A stretch of 64,000 nucleotides of DNA from Flavobacteriales bacterium (lineage in GTDB: Bacteria; Bacteroidota; Bacteroidia; NS11-12g; UBA955), in assembly GCA_947447955.1 (NCBI GenBank), contig CANFLS010000003.1, forward strand, positions 21,048 to 85,047. Reading direction: 5' to 3'. Both the position numbers and the translations under genes were made by a program. Below the pieces are notes generated by a model. That model saw nothing but the letters and a program-made list of their open reading frames with translations. It ran no database searches and was not told the DNA's origin. Of the stretch, positions 20,024-30,456 are shown one piece after another (position 1 is the first letter of the stretch; each line of letters starts with the position of its first letter).

Positions 20024-22291
20024 TTATGCGATTACAGATCTGCGGATGATGTTCAATGCGCCACCAGCTTTGAACCACTCAATTTGTTGGTCGTTGTAGC
20101 TGTGGTTTACTGAAATTTCATCTTTGCTGCCATCGGCATGGTTTAATACCAATGTCAATGATTTGTCTGGAGCAAATGTTGTCAAACCAACGATGTCAAT
20201 TTTGTCTGCTTCTTGAATTTTATCGTAGTCAGCTTTGTCGGCAAAAGTTAATGCCAACATACCTTGTTTTTTCAAGTTGGTTTCGTGGATACGGGCAAAA
20301 GATTTTACCAAAACCGCACGAACTCCCAAATGACGAGGTTCCATGGCTGCGTGCTCTCTTGAAGAACCTTCACCATAGTTTTCATCACCAACAACAATAG
20401 ATCCAATACCTGCGGCTTTGTAAGCACGTTGTGTAGCTGGAACCGTATCGGTTTTGCCAGTTTCTTGGTTAACAACAGCGTTTGCTTGGTCATTGAAGAA
20501 GTTGGTTGCGCCAATTAATAAGTTGTCTGAAATGTTATCTAAGTGACCACGGAATTTCAACCATGGACCAGCCATAGAAATATGATCGGTGGTACATTTT
20601 CCTTTTGCTTTGATTAACAAACGCATTCCAGTGATATCAGTTCCCTCCCAAGCTTGGAATGGATCTAACAACTGCAAACGTTTACTTGTTGGAGAAACAG
20701 CAACCTGAACACCTGAGCCATCAGCAGCAGGAGCTTGGTAACCAGCATCTTCAACTGCAAAACCCAAAGCAGGAAGTTCAAATCCTGTTGGTGGATCTAA
20801 CATCACTGACTCGCCGTTTTCATTGATCAATGAATCGGTTAATGGATTGAAAGTCAAATCACCTGCAATTGCAAGTGCTGTAACCAATTCTGGAGAAGCT
20901 ACAAATGCATAGGTGTTAGGATTTCCATCGGCACGTTTAGCAAAGTTTCTGTTGAAAGAGTGTACAATGGTATTTTTCTCTTGCTTTTCAGCACCCATTC
21001 TGTCCCACATACCAATACAAGGTCCACAAGCATTTGTAAATACTTTGGCACCAATTTGGTCAAATATTTTCAAGAATCCGTCGCGTTCAATTGTAAATCT
21101 TACTTGCTCAGAACCTGGAGTAATTAAGTATTCAGCTTTAGGTTTTAAGTTTTTGGTAGAAACCTGTTGCGCCAAACTCACTGCACGAGAAATATCTTCG
21201 TAAGAAGAGTTGGTACAGCTACCAATCAATCCCACTTCAACTTTTGTTGGCCAGCCATTTTTAGCAGCTTCTTCTTTCATTTTAGAAATAGGAGTAGCCA
21301 AATCTGGAGTGAACGGACCGTTCAAATATGGTTCAAGGGTATTTAAATCAATTTCAATTACTTGGTCAAAGTATTGTTCTGGGTTTGCATACACTTCAGC
21401 ATCGGCGGTTAAATATTCTTTCACACCGTTAGCCAAGTCAGCAACATCCGCACGACCAGTGGCGCGCAAGTAGCGTTCCATGCTTTCGTCGTAACCGAAG
21501 GTTGAAGTAGTAGCTCCAATTTCAGCACCCATGTTACAAATGGTACCTTTACCAGTGCAACTCATAGAAGTAGCACCTTCACCGAAATACTCAACGATAC
21601 AACCGGTTCCACCTTTAACAGTTAAAATACCTGCAACTTTTAAGATTACATCTTTTGCAGAGCACCAACCAGAAAGTTTACCCGTTAATTTAATACCAAT
21701 TAATTTTGGCCATTTAAGCTCCCATGGCAAACCTGCCATAACATCGCAAGCGTCGGCACCACCAACACCAATAGCCACCATACCCAAACCTCCTGCATTT
21801 ACAGTGTGAGAATCGGTACCAATCATCATTCCACCAGGGAATGCATAATTTTCAAGAACTACTTGGTGAATAATACCTGCACCTGGTTTCCAGAAACCGA
21901 TGCCATATTTATTTGAAACAGAAGCCAAGAAATCGTAAACTTCTTTGCTTTCAGTATTTGCAACTTCTAAATCTTGGTCTGCACCAACTTTTGCAGTAAT
22001 TAAGTGATCACAGTGAACTGTACTTGGAACAGCAACTTTTGGGCGACCAGCTTGCATAAATTGCAAAAGAGCCATTTGTGCTGTTGCATCTTGCATGGCA
22101 ACACGGTCTGGAGCAAAGTCTACATAATCAGCACCGCGGCCAAAACTTCTGGTTGCTGGGTTTTCCCAAAGGTGGGAATACAAAATCTTTTCAGTTAATG
22201 TTAATGGTTTACCTAGAAGTTGACGTGCTGCATTTACACGTTCAGGCATTCTTTCGTAAACAGATTTAATCACTTCAATATCAAAAGCCAT
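20024..22291 (-). CDS. acnA: aconitate hydratase
   Basis: 755 aa with Fe-S cluster Cys ligands and typical aconitase regions ([21 protein letters not shown]). Confidence 0.9.
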   Translation of the reverse strand: MAFDIEVIKSVYERMPERVNAARQLLGKPLTLTEKILYSHLWENPATRSFGRGADYVDFAPDRVAMQDATAQMALLQFMQAGRPKVAVPSTVHCDHLITAKVGADQDLEVANTESKEVYDFLASVSNKYGIGFWKPGAGIIHQVVLENYAFPGGMMIGTDSHTVNAGGLGMVAIGVGGADACDVMAGLPWELKWPKLIGIKLTGKLSGWCSAKDVILKVAGILTVKGGTGCIVEYFGEGATSMSCTGKGTICNMGAEIGATTSTFGYDESMERYLRATGRADVADLANGVKEYLTADAEVYANPEQYFDQVIEIDLNTLEPYLNGPFTPDLATPISKMKEEAAKNGWPTKVEVGLIGSCTNSSYEDISRAVSLAQQVSTKNLKPKAEYLITPGSEQVRFTIERDGFLKIFDQIGAKVFTNACGPCIGMWDRMGAEKQEKNTIVHSFNRNFAKRADGNPNTYAFVASPELVTALAIAGDLTFNPLTDSLINENGESVMLDPPTGFELPALGFAVEDAGYQAPAADGSGVQVAVSPTSKRLQLLDPFQAWEGTDITGMRLLIKAKGKCTTDHISMAGPWLKFRGHLDNISDNLLIGATNFFNDQANAVVNQETGKTDTVPATQRAYKAAGIGSIVVGDENYGEGSSREHAAMEPRHLGVRAVLVKSFARIHETNLKKQGMLALTFADKADYDKIQEADKIDIVGLTTFAPDKSLTLVLNHADGSKDEISVNHSYNDQQIEWFKAGGALNIIRRSVIA

Positions 22292-22366
22292 TTTCTTATT
22301 TATTAATCTATTTACTGCAAATTTCGTATTTTTTTGTGGTATTTTCTATTATTTCGACATCTTTGT

Positions 22367-22939
22367 ATGGTGAATTCTCCACGGATTATTTTGGGTATCG
22401 ATCCAGGTACAAATTTATTGGGTTACGGAATTATTAAAATGGACGGTCAAACCCCGTTGTTAGAGACATTGGGGGTGGTGCGTTTGTCTAAATTCGAAGA
22501 CCATGGAGAAAAGCTTTTTCATATTTTCGAACGCATTGTAGCACTCATTGATGGCTTTCATGTAACCGAAGTATCTATTGAGGCACCTTTTTACGGAAAG
22601 AATGTACAAAGTATGTTGAAGTTGGGTAGGGCGCAAGGGGTTGCCATTGCGGCAGCCATTTCCCGCAAAGTTCCCGTTTACGAATATGTCCCTCGAAAAA
22701 TAAAACAGTCTATTTGTGGCAATGGTGCAGCGTCAAAAGAACAAGTTTTGGCAATGCTGCAAGCGCAGTTTCAATTTGAAACCGCTCCAGAAACCCTTGA
22801 TGCTACCGATGGTTTGGCAGCAGCTTTGTGTCATATTTATCAGTTCCAACCCCGATTATTTGGTACAACAAAATCAACAGGTAAAAAAACTGGAGGTTGG
22901 GCACAGTTTGTAAAAGAAAATCCAGACCGATTGGAGTAA
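22367..22939 (+). CDS. ruvC: crossover junction endodeoxyribonuclease RuvC
   Basis: ILGIDPGTNLLGYGI, about 190 aa. The start is taken at MVNSPRI. Confidence 0.85.
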   Translation: MVNSPRIILGIDPGTNLLGYGIIKMDGQTPLLETLGVVRLSKFEDHGEKLFHIFERIVALIDGFHVTEVSIEAPFYGKNVQSMLKLGRAQGVAIAAAISRKVPVYEYVPRKIKQSICGNGAASKEQVLAMLQAQFQFETAPETLDATDGLAAALCHIYQFQPRLFGTTKSTGKKTGGWAQFVKENPDRLE

Positions 22940-22969
22940 TAATTTCGTTTTGTAACTATTTGTTTAAAT

Positions 22970-24292
22970 TTGCGTTATATTGTTATGCAATTAAATAGGT
23001 TAAAGAGATATTTGGGACTATTGCTTTTTGTTTTCAGCCTAAATGTTCACGCACAAACTTACTTCCCTCCGAAAATTGGAACCTGGGACACCCTTTCAAC
23101 CAACCGATTTGGCTATTGCCAAGAACGGATTGATAGCCTTTATAATTTTTTGAGCCAATCTAATTCCAAGACATTTATTTTATTGAAAGATGGCAAAATT
23201 GTTTTAGAAAAATATTTTGGAACATTTACAAAAGATAGCAATTGGTATTGGGCAAGCGCCGGAAAAACTTTAACTGGATTTTGTATAGGCATTGCCAATC
23301 AAGAAGGGAGTTTGAAATTAACAGATAAATCTTCGAAATATTTGGGTGCTGGATGGACATCGTTGAGCAGCAAACAAGAAGATAGCATTTGCATTATCAA
23401 TCAAATTACAATGACAACTGGCTTGAAAGACAATGTAACCGACCCGGATTGCACCTTGCCGTCTTGCTTGCAATATGCTGGAACGGCGGGATCTCGTTGG
23501 GCCTACCACAATGCGCCCTATACCTTGTTGGATAAAGTTATTGAAAGTGCCACAGGGGTTACTTTGAATTCATTTGTGCTCAGTAAAGTTTCAAGTGTGG
23601 TGGGTATGAAAGGCATCTATTTCAAATCGGGGTATAACAATGTCTATGCTTCCGACAGCAGAAGCATGGCCAAATTTGGATTGCTACTGTTGAATAAAGG
23701 AAATTGGAATGGTTCAATAATTTTGAAGGACTCTAATTATTTCAAGCAAATGACAAATTCCAGTCAAACCATCAATAAAAGCTACGGCTACTTAACTTGG
23801 TTGAATGGAAAAACGTCGTATATGGTGCCACAAACGCAATTTGTATTTCCTGGCTCTATTTCTCCCGATGCACCCAATGATGTGATTATGGCACTTGGTA
23901 AAAATGGGCAGCTCATCAATGTGTGTCCCTCAAAAGGACTGGTTTGGATAAGAATGGGAAATGCACCATCGAACAATGGTTTGGTTCCATGGATATTCAA
24001 TAACGAAATTTGGAAGTACATCAATCAATTGCCTTGTGCCAAGACAAATGATTTAGAATTGGCAACTGAAAAGCTTGGATTATTTCCTAACGTGGCAAAA
24101 ATTGGCGAAATGGTTTTATTGCAAACCAAAAGCAAAGATGTCCCTCAAATCTTCAATTCACTTTGGCAATCTATCAAAGTAGAGGGGGAGTTTAAGGCAG
24201 AAGGGTATTGCATAACCACCCAAAATATGGCTTCTGGAGTTTATTTGGTTAAACTAAAAAGTGGGCAATCTGTAAGAATGGTATTGCAATAG
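22970..24292 (+). CDS. beta-lactamase-family serine hydrolase with a T9SS C-terminal sorting domain
   Basis: Signal peptide, an SxxK motif (SAGK), and a C-terminal GVYLVKLKSGQSVRMVLQ. Confidence 0.55.
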   Translation: MRYIVMQLNRLKRYLGLLLFVFSLNVHAQTYFPPKIGTWDTLSTNRFGYCQERIDSLYNFLSQSNSKTFILLKDGKIVLEKYFGTFTKDSNWYWASAGKTLTGFCIGIANQEGSLKLTDKSSKYLGAGWTSLSSKQEDSICIINQITMTTGLKDNVTDPDCTLPSCLQYAGTAGSRWAYHNAPYTLLDKVIESATGVTLNSFVLSKVSSVVGMKGIYFKSGYNNVYASDSRSMAKFGLLLLNKGNWNGSIILKDSNYFKQMTNSSQTINKSYGYLTWLNGKTSYMVPQTQFVFPGSISPDAPNDVIMALGKNGQLINVCPSKGLVWIRMGNAPSNNGLVPWIFNNEIWKYINQLPCAKTNDLELATEKLGLFPNVAKIGEMVLLQTKSKDVPQIFNSLWQSIKVEGEFKAEGYCITTQNMASGVYLVKLKSGQSVRMVLQ

Positions 24293-24295
24293 CAA

Positions 24296-26176
24296 TTACA
24301 TTCTTTCAACTACATTGATTCCTAGCAAATTCAATCCGAATTTCAAACCTTCCGCAGTGTGGTGTGCCAATTTCAAACGCATACTTTGTAAGCCTTCGTC
24401 GGTTTCTCTCAAAATCGAAACTTCGTTGTACAAACGGTTATAAGCCCTTGCCAAATCGAGGCAATATTGGCAAATTACCGCAGGAGAGTATTCTCTAGAT
24501 GCTTCGCTCAACACAGCAGGGAAGTCATATAAAACCTTAATTGTATTAATTTCTGAGGGATGTAAACTGTTTGGAATTTCTGCATCCTGCCATTTGATTT
24601 TTGCCTGACGCAAAATACTTTGTATTCTGGCATAGGTATATTGGATAAATGGACCAGTATCACCTTGGAAATCAATACTTTCTTCAGGGTTGAACAGCAT
24701 TCGTTTTTTAGGATCAACCTTCAAAATGAAGAATTTCAATGCCGACAATGACAATTGGTGGTACAAGTTATTTAGTTCATCATCATTTAAACCATCTGCT
24801 TTGCCCAATTCAAGGGTTTTGTCTTTGGCAGTTTGGTACATTTCGCTGATTAAATCATCGGCATCAACCACGGTACCTTCTCTGCTTTTCATTTTACCAG
24901 TTGGCAAATCAACCATACCATAACTCGCATGATACATGCCGTTGGCATATGATTTTCCAAGTTTTTGCATAATCAAAAACAACACTTTGAAGTGGTAATC
25001 TTGTTCATTGCCAACCACATAAATACTGCGTTCCATGCCAAATTCTTGGTATTTCAATTCCGCAGTTCCAATGTCTTGGGTAATATAAACAGAAGTTCCA
25101 TCACCGCGTTGAACCAATTTCTCATCAAGTCCATCTGCGGTTAGGTCAATCCAAACACTGTTGTCTGGCTTTTGGTAAAATACACCTTTTGCCAAACCTT
25201 CTTGAACAATATCTTTTCCTAATTTATATGTATTGCTTTCGTAATAGTATTTGTCAAAAGCAACTCCCAAACGAGAATAGGTAGATTCAAATCCTTTATA
25301 AACCCAACCATTCATCATTTCCCATAGGGCAATGGTTTCTTTGTCGCCAGCTTCCCATTGACGCAGCATTTGCTGGCAAGTGAGCATCAACTGAGAATTG
25401 TTTCTTATCAATTCTTTGATGTCATCTGAGAATTTTGCAATTTGCTTTTCGTCCTTTGCTGCATTTAGTTTTTCTAAAGCATCGGCATATCGCTTTTGAA
25501 TGGTTGCATCATCGAAAGTGAAATTTCCGGCAATGGCATTTTCAATATCGTCGGCGGTTTGTTCTCTTAATTTGTTTTCGAAAACCACATAGTACCTTCC
25601 AACCAAATGATCTCCTTTTAATCCGGTTGACTCTGGAGTTTCATTGTTTCCAAATAACTTCCAAGCCAACATGCTTTTGCAAATATGAATACCACGGTCG
25701 TTAATCAAATTGGCTTTGATTACTTCATATCCATTGTTGTCAAATATTTGCGATAAGCTATAACCCAATAAGTTGTTGCGAATATGTCCCAAATGCAACG
25801 GCTTATTGGTATTCGGTGATGAATATTCCACCATCACTTTTTCATTTTTTGAGGGAAGTGAGAACGAGGTTTTATTCCAATTAGATTGTAAGTAATGATG
25901 CCAAACGGATGAATCAACTTCTAAGTTTAAAAAGCCTTTAATTACATTAAAGTTGTGAATTATTTGGCAGTTGGTTTTTAAATATTGACCAATTTCCTCG
26001 GCAGTTTGTTCGGGAGATTTGCGAGATAATCTTACAATTGGAAAAACCACATAGGTGTAATCTCCAACGAAGTCGGATTTGGTTTTTTCAATTTTCACCG
26101 ATGGTGCTTCAGGACTAGCGTATAAAGCGGTAATTGCTTTTTCTATTCCCTCAATAATTTCTCCCTCAATATTCAT
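24296..26176 (-). CDS. argS: arginine--tRNA ligase
   Basis: Class I HIGH motif (PNTNKPLHLGHIRN), KMSK-like motif (GKMKSREG), and a length matching ArgS. Confidence 0.9.
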   Translation of the reverse strand: MNIEGEIIEGIEKAITALYASPEAPSVKIEKTKSDFVGDYTYVVFPIVRLSRKSPEQTAEEIGQYLKTNCQIIHNFNVIKGFLNLEVDSSVWHHYLQSNWNKTSFSLPSKNEKVMVEYSSPNTNKPLHLGHIRNNLLGYSLSQIFDNNGYEVIKANLINDRGIHICKSMLAWKLFGNNETPESTGLKGDHLVGRYYVVFENKLREQTADDIENAIAGNFTFDDATIQKRYADALEKLNAAKDEKQIAKFSDDIKELIRNNSQLMLTCQQMLRQWEAGDKETIALWEMMNGWVYKGFESTYSRLGVAFDKYYYESNTYKLGKDIVQEGLAKGVFYQKPDNSVWIDLTADGLDEKLVQRGDGTSVYITQDIGTAELKYQEFGMERSIYVVGNEQDYHFKVLFLIMQKLGKSYANGMYHASYGMVDLPTGKMKSREGTVVDADDLISEMYQTAKDKTLELGKADGLNDDELNNLYHQLSLSALKFFILKVDPKKRMLFNPEESIDFQGDTGPFIQYTYARIQSILRQAKIKWQDAEIPNSLHPSEINTIKVLYDFPAVLSEASREYSPAVICQYCLDLARAYNRLYNEVSILRETDEGLQSMRLKLAHHTAEGLKFGLNLLGINVVERM

Positions 26177-26212
26177 GGCGCAAAATTACGATGGAATTCA
26201 TGTTTCAGCAAC

Positions 26213-26674
26213 TTATATATGATGATAACCCGTTCCTTTTTGAATATTATAGGCCCTGTAAACTTGTTCTATAAGTACCAGCCTTGCCAAATGGTGCGGA
26301 AATGTCAAATCACTTAATTTTATTGAGGGATAATTTTTTAACGCTTCTTGGGTAAAACCATAAGCGCCGCCAATACCAATGATGAGTTTTCCTCTAATAT
26401 TAGACAATTCTCCTTCAATCATTTGAGAGAAGGAAATGCTGTTGTGCATTTTTCCATGCTCATCGCAGAGAATGAGTTTGTCGCCAGGTTTACACAGCTT
26501 CAAAAGGGTTTCAGTTTCCTTTATTTTTTGTTGGGCTGGATCTGTTACCCTTGCCGCAGGAAGTATTTCTAATTTCGTGGCATAAGGGCCATTGAGTTTT
26601 TTAATGTAATCGGCACAAAGAAGGTCTATTTCTTTGTTTTTGTGATTCTCAATGGCGGCAATAACAATAGCCAA
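26213..26674 (-). CDS. rlmH: 23S rRNA (pseudouridine1915-N3)-methyltransferase RlmH
   Basis: 153 aa with a SPOUT profile (ILCDEHGK...LIIGIGGAYGF). Confidence 0.75.
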   Translation of the reverse strand: MAIVIAAIENHKNKEIDLLCADYIKKLNGPYATKLEILPAARVTDPAQQKIKETETLLKLCKPGDKLILCDEHGKMHNSISFSQMIEGELSNIRGKLIIGIGGAYGFTQEALKNYPSIKLSDLTFPHHLARLVLIEQVYRAYNIQKGTGYHHI

Positions 26675-26676
26675 AA

Positions 26677-27642
26677 TTAATTGTTGTTTAAAATTTCAAG
26701 AATTTTATCTAACTGAGGAGTTAAAATGATTTCGGTACGGCGGTTTTTCGCACGACCCTCTGGAGTGTCGTTTGTAGCCACTGGAATGGTTTCACCACGG
26801 CCGTTGGCCGAAATTCTTTTTGCGCTTAATTTGCCTTCATTGATCATGATTTTCGCAATAGAAGTAGCACGCAATACGCTCAAATCCCAGTTGTCTTTGA
26901 TTGTTTCACCATTCATTGGTACGTTGTCGGTATGTCCCTCAACAGCAACTTGAACATCGGCTTTTTTGTTTAGGGCTTTTGCAAGTTCCACCAAAGCTTC
27001 TTGTCCTTTAGGGTCAACTGAAGTGCTTCCACTTTTGAAAAGTAATTTTTCTGGAAGAATAACATAAACTTTACCGTTTCTGTATTCCACTTTCACATCC
27101 AACTTTTCAAATCCTGCAAGCGCTTTAATAATTGCGTCTTTTAATAAAATAACGGCACTGTCTTTTCTTCTTAACTCTGCTTCAAGCTCTTTCACACGGC
27201 CACTTACTTTTTCAAGTTCCTTGCGGGCATTTTCTAGTCTTAATCGCTCAGCTTCTGCGCTGGCAAGTGCTTTGTTGAGTTCCAGTTCTTTTGTTTGAAT
27301 GGCTTTGTTTTTCTTATCGATTTCCGCAGCAACCTTAATTTTTTGGTCGTCATGGGTTTCGCCTAAAGTTTGAATATAGGCTTGGCTTTCTTCTAACTCA
27401 TTCTGACAAATTTGAATGCTGTCTTGAAGTTTTGATATCACTAATTTCTGACGATCCTGTTGATCTTGTAGATTGGCAATTTCTCCTTTGAGGGACGTAT
27501 TCATGTTTCCACAATCGTCAATCTTGGTATTTAAAGAAATAACAGTTGAATCTTTATTGCGATTTAACGCATCATATTTCTTTTGGCTAACACAAGAAAA
27601 AAGGGTTAGACCAACACACATTACACTCCAAATTAATTTCAT
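26677..27642 (-). CDS. OmpA-family lipoprotein with a coiled-coil N-terminal region
   Basis: Lipobox LFSC, a long coiled-coil region, and a C-terminal OmpA/MotB domain (VEGHTDNVP...RAKNRRTEI). Confidence 0.8.
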   Translation of the reverse strand: MKLIWSVMCVGLTLFSCVSQKKYDALNRNKDSTVISLNTKIDDCGNMNTSLKGEIANLQDQQDRQKLVISKLQDSIQICQNELEESQAYIQTLGETHDDQKIKVAAEIDKKNKAIQTKELELNKALASAEAERLRLENARKELEKVSGRVKELEAELRRKDSAVILLKDAIIKALAGFEKLDVKVEYRNGKVYVILPEKLLFKSGSTSVDPKGQEALVELAKALNKKADVQVAVEGHTDNVPMNGETIKDNWDLSVLRATSIAKIMINEGKLSAKRISANGRGETIPVATNDTPEGRAKNRRTEIILTPQLDKILEILNNN

Positions 27643-27665
27643 ATTACACGAAGTTAGTGAAGGGC

Positions 27666-27720
27666 AAAAAAAAAGCGGGAAATGGTTTTACACATGTATG
27701 ATTGTGTAGACATTTCCCGC
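27666..27720 (-). terminator. rho-independent terminator for the TonB-receptor gene
   Basis: On the minus strand, GCGGGAAATG / CATTTCCCGC forms a 10-bp stem with a 26-nt loop, followed by T9. Confidence 0.6.
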
Positions 27721-27737
27721 GAATCAATGAACCAAAC

Positions 27738-27765
27738 CAATCTCCGTTGTCTGAAACGGAGATTG
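27738..27765 (-). terminator. perfect hairpin immediately after the TBDR stop
   Basis: CCAATCTCCGTT-GTCTGA-AACGGAGATTGG, a 12-bp stem. Confidence 0.5.
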
Positions 27766-27769
27766 GAAT

Positions 27770-30256
27770 TTATAAACTAAAATCTAATTTGTAATAGAAC
27801 AATGGCAAGAAACCAAGTTGGTAATCTTGCTGTGCGCCAGTTGTAGCAACATTAAATGAATATTTTAAGATATTCTTGTTGTTAGTAATGTTAATTAAAT
27901 CAAGTGCAAATTCGTGAGATACTTTTTTAGCATTGATTTTGTATGACACACGCACATCAAAACGGGCATATGGTTTATCAAAACGCAAGGTGTTTTTCTG
28001 AGCTTGGTTTTCAACGTATTCACGTGCATCAATAGAAGCAAGTGTGTCCATAGGTGAAAATCTTCTTGCACCAGCCAAAGTTACTTTGCCACCAAAGTTC
28101 AATACACTTTTGTTTTTGAAAGTGATTTCTTTTGCAAACAAACCATTCATCGCGTAATTGGTGTTAAAGTCTGTGCTTCTCAAAACATTGTCACTACCAG
28201 TGTATTTGGCATCAAAAACACTTGCACTAAATAAATAGTAGAATCCTTTGCTGAAAAACTTCTCTACAGTCAATTCTAACCCATAGTTATATCCAGTTCC
28301 TGAATTTACCAATTTGTTGTCCGCGAAGAAACGGCTAAATCCTGAGCCAGTATTCGCCAAACTGAATGATGTAACATTCCCTCTTGATGCGTCATCAATT
28401 GGAATGTTCCATAAGTATTGGTAATAAGTTTCTAATTTAATTCTGCTTGATTTACCCAAAGAATAATCCCAACCCAATACAAAATGCGCACTTTGTGTCA
28501 AGCCCATTTTTAGGTTTCTTGGTGATGTTAATTTTGTAGTATCAAGTTTCTTGCGGTAATCGTAGAAATAAATATAAGCAGATTGGTTTTGGCTGTGAAT
28601 ACCTGTACCAAAATTAATGGTGCTTTTCTTACTCGCTTGGTAACGGATAGAAAGTCTTGGCAAGATAAATGCAGAGCTTGTGTGGCTTGTTTTTTTCTTG
28701 TAATCTTCTTCTCCAGGTTTTGGGGTATAAGAAATATTGAAAATTTCTGCCTGCCAACCTGCAACCATGCTCAATTTATTGGTGAATTTGTATTTCAATT
28801 GTACATATGGAATCAACATGTTTCCAGCGCCAATTGCATTCCAACGCTTTTTAAAGTCGCCATAAGTTGGATTAGCTACAGCGTCAATATTTGCTGAATC
28901 AACAAAATCGTAAATATAATGTGTAGCTTGAACACCATACTTCAAAGTTGCTTGGGTATTTATCTTTTGATTCACGAAAATATGGGTACCCAAAGTTTTT
29001 GTTGAAAATTGATAATCCATAAATTTGGTTAAAGTAAGCGATTTAGGATCGTAATTTGGCTTTAAGCCCATAATTAAATCAGAGCTTGAATTTACAACTT
29101 GTTGAGATCCACTCACTACAATCTTGAAATATGAATTTTTCGAAATGGATGCTTGATAGGTGGCTCCTACGATTCCCATGCTTGAACTGAATTTCTGATC
29201 ACGGTCGTTTTGTCCATACAAATCGGTTACGCCTTCTTTCAATTGATCGCTAATTTTGATGTTGATATTACTCACACCACCAATTCCAAACAATGAGAAA
29301 TTTGCGTTGTTTTTTAGAGGGAAATTCAATTTGAAAGAACCATCTTGATAGTTTGGAACAGCGTTGGTTCCAATTGGAATTTTCAATTTGCTAAATGCAC
29401 TCAATGTTGAATAACGGTAAGTAGCCAAATAGGTAGCTTTTGATTTTTTACTCAAAGGACCTTCAGCCATTACATCCATACCCAAGAAACCAATTTGAGA
29501 ACTGATTTCATGTTTTTGGTTGTTTCCATTTCTCAATTTCAAATCGAAAGCACCAGCAACGGCATTTCCATATTCCGCAGGGAAAGCACCCGTAAAGAAA
29601 TCTGAGTTGCCTAAAATTTTGTTATTGATAATTGAAACCGATCCACCTGTTGTACCTGGAATGGCAAAGTGATTTGGGTTAGGAATATCAATTCCCTCAA
29701 GTCTCCACAAAACACCGCCCGGAGAATTACCTCTCACAACAATGTCGTTACGAGAATCATCTGCTCCCTGAACCCCGGCAAAGTTAGAGGCCATACGCGC
29801 TGGGTCCCCTCTACTTCCTGCAAAACGGTCTGTTTCGTCTACCGTAAATAAACGGGCAGAAACCAACGCTGCATCGTTATTGGTTTGGTCATGACGTTTT
29901 TTTGCTTTGATTGAAACTTCAGAAATGAGTTCAACTTCCTCTTCCATATCAACATTCACCATCACTTCTTTTGCAGAAGTCACAACAATGTTTGGAATGG
30001 GATTGGAGCGATATCCTTTTGCTTCAACCATCAAATTTTGACGTCCCAAAGGAACATTGTCAATGGTGTAACTTCCATCTTCGGCAGATACACTCGAAAG
30101 TTTTAACGTTGTGTCGGAAGTTTCAACCGCAATTTTAGCACCAACAATGGGCTTTTGGGTTTCTTTGTCTTTTAAAATTCCTCGAATCGTTTGCGTCTGT
30201 GCATTTACAATTCCAAAGGTTAAAAGCGTGATAATAAACAGTAACTTTATTTTCAT
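27770..30256 (-). CDS. TonB-dependent outer-membrane receptor with an N-terminal CarboxypepD_reg domain
   Basis: Signal peptide at MKIKLLF, a CarbopepD_reg-like region (IRGILKDKETQKPIVGAKI), then plug and barrel features. Confidence 0.7.
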   Translation of the reverse strand: MKIKLLFIITLLTFGIVNAQTQTIRGILKDKETQKPIVGAKIAVETSDTTLKLSSVSAEDGSYTIDNVPLGRQNLMVEAKGYRSNPIPNIVVTSAKEVMVNVDMEEEVELISEVSIKAKKRHDQTNNDAALVSARLFTVDETDRFAGSRGDPARMASNFAGVQGADDSRNDIVVRGNSPGGVLWRLEGIDIPNPNHFAIPGTTGGSVSIINNKILGNSDFFTGAFPAEYGNAVAGAFDLKLRNGNNQKHEISSQIGFLGMDVMAEGPLSKKSKATYLATYRYSTLSAFSKLKIPIGTNAVPNYQDGSFKLNFPLKNNANFSLFGIGGVSNINIKISDQLKEGVTDLYGQNDRDQKFSSSMGIVGATYQASISKNSYFKIVVSGSQQVVNSSSDLIMGLKPNYDPKSLTLTKFMDYQFSTKTLGTHIFVNQKINTQATLKYGVQATHYIYDFVDSANIDAVANPTYGDFKKRWNAIGAGNMLIPYVQLKYKFTNKLSMVAGWQAEIFNISYTPKPGEEDYKKKTSHTSSAFILPRLSIRYQASKKSTINFGTGIHSQNQSAYIYFYDYRKKLDTTKLTSPRNLKMGLTQSAHFVLGWDYSLGKSSRIKLETYYQYLWNIPIDDASRGNVTSFSLANTGSGFSRFFADNKLVNSGTGYNYGLELTVEKFFSKGFYYLFSASVFDAKYTGSDNVLRSTDFNTNYAMNGLFAKEITFKNKSVLNFGGKVTLAGARRFSPMDTLASIDAREYVENQAQKNTLRFDKPYARFDVRVSYKINAKKVSHEFALDLINITNNKNILKYSFNVATTGAQQDYQLGFLPLFYYKLDFSL

Positions 30257-30456
30257 GTCGGCGAATCTAATTGAATTAAAAATCATAATCAAAAAGATAA
30301 GACGACAATTTTTGCGCATTATCGTAATGTTAATTAAATATTTATTGATTTTTCATAATAAATATCGCAATTTACTGACTAGGAAGCACCTGAATTTATT
30401 GCGTAATTGTGAAATTACGTAGTATAAATTATACAAATAAGAATAGGTGGTAGTAT

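Noticed and set aside
27770-30256. The two TonB-dependent receptors (this one and 59643-62471) as SusC/SusD-type polysaccharide utilisation loci.
   Set aside because: No SusD-like gene follows either receptor. The downstream genes are OmpA/rlmH and a beta-helix protein respectively, so these are not canonical PULs.
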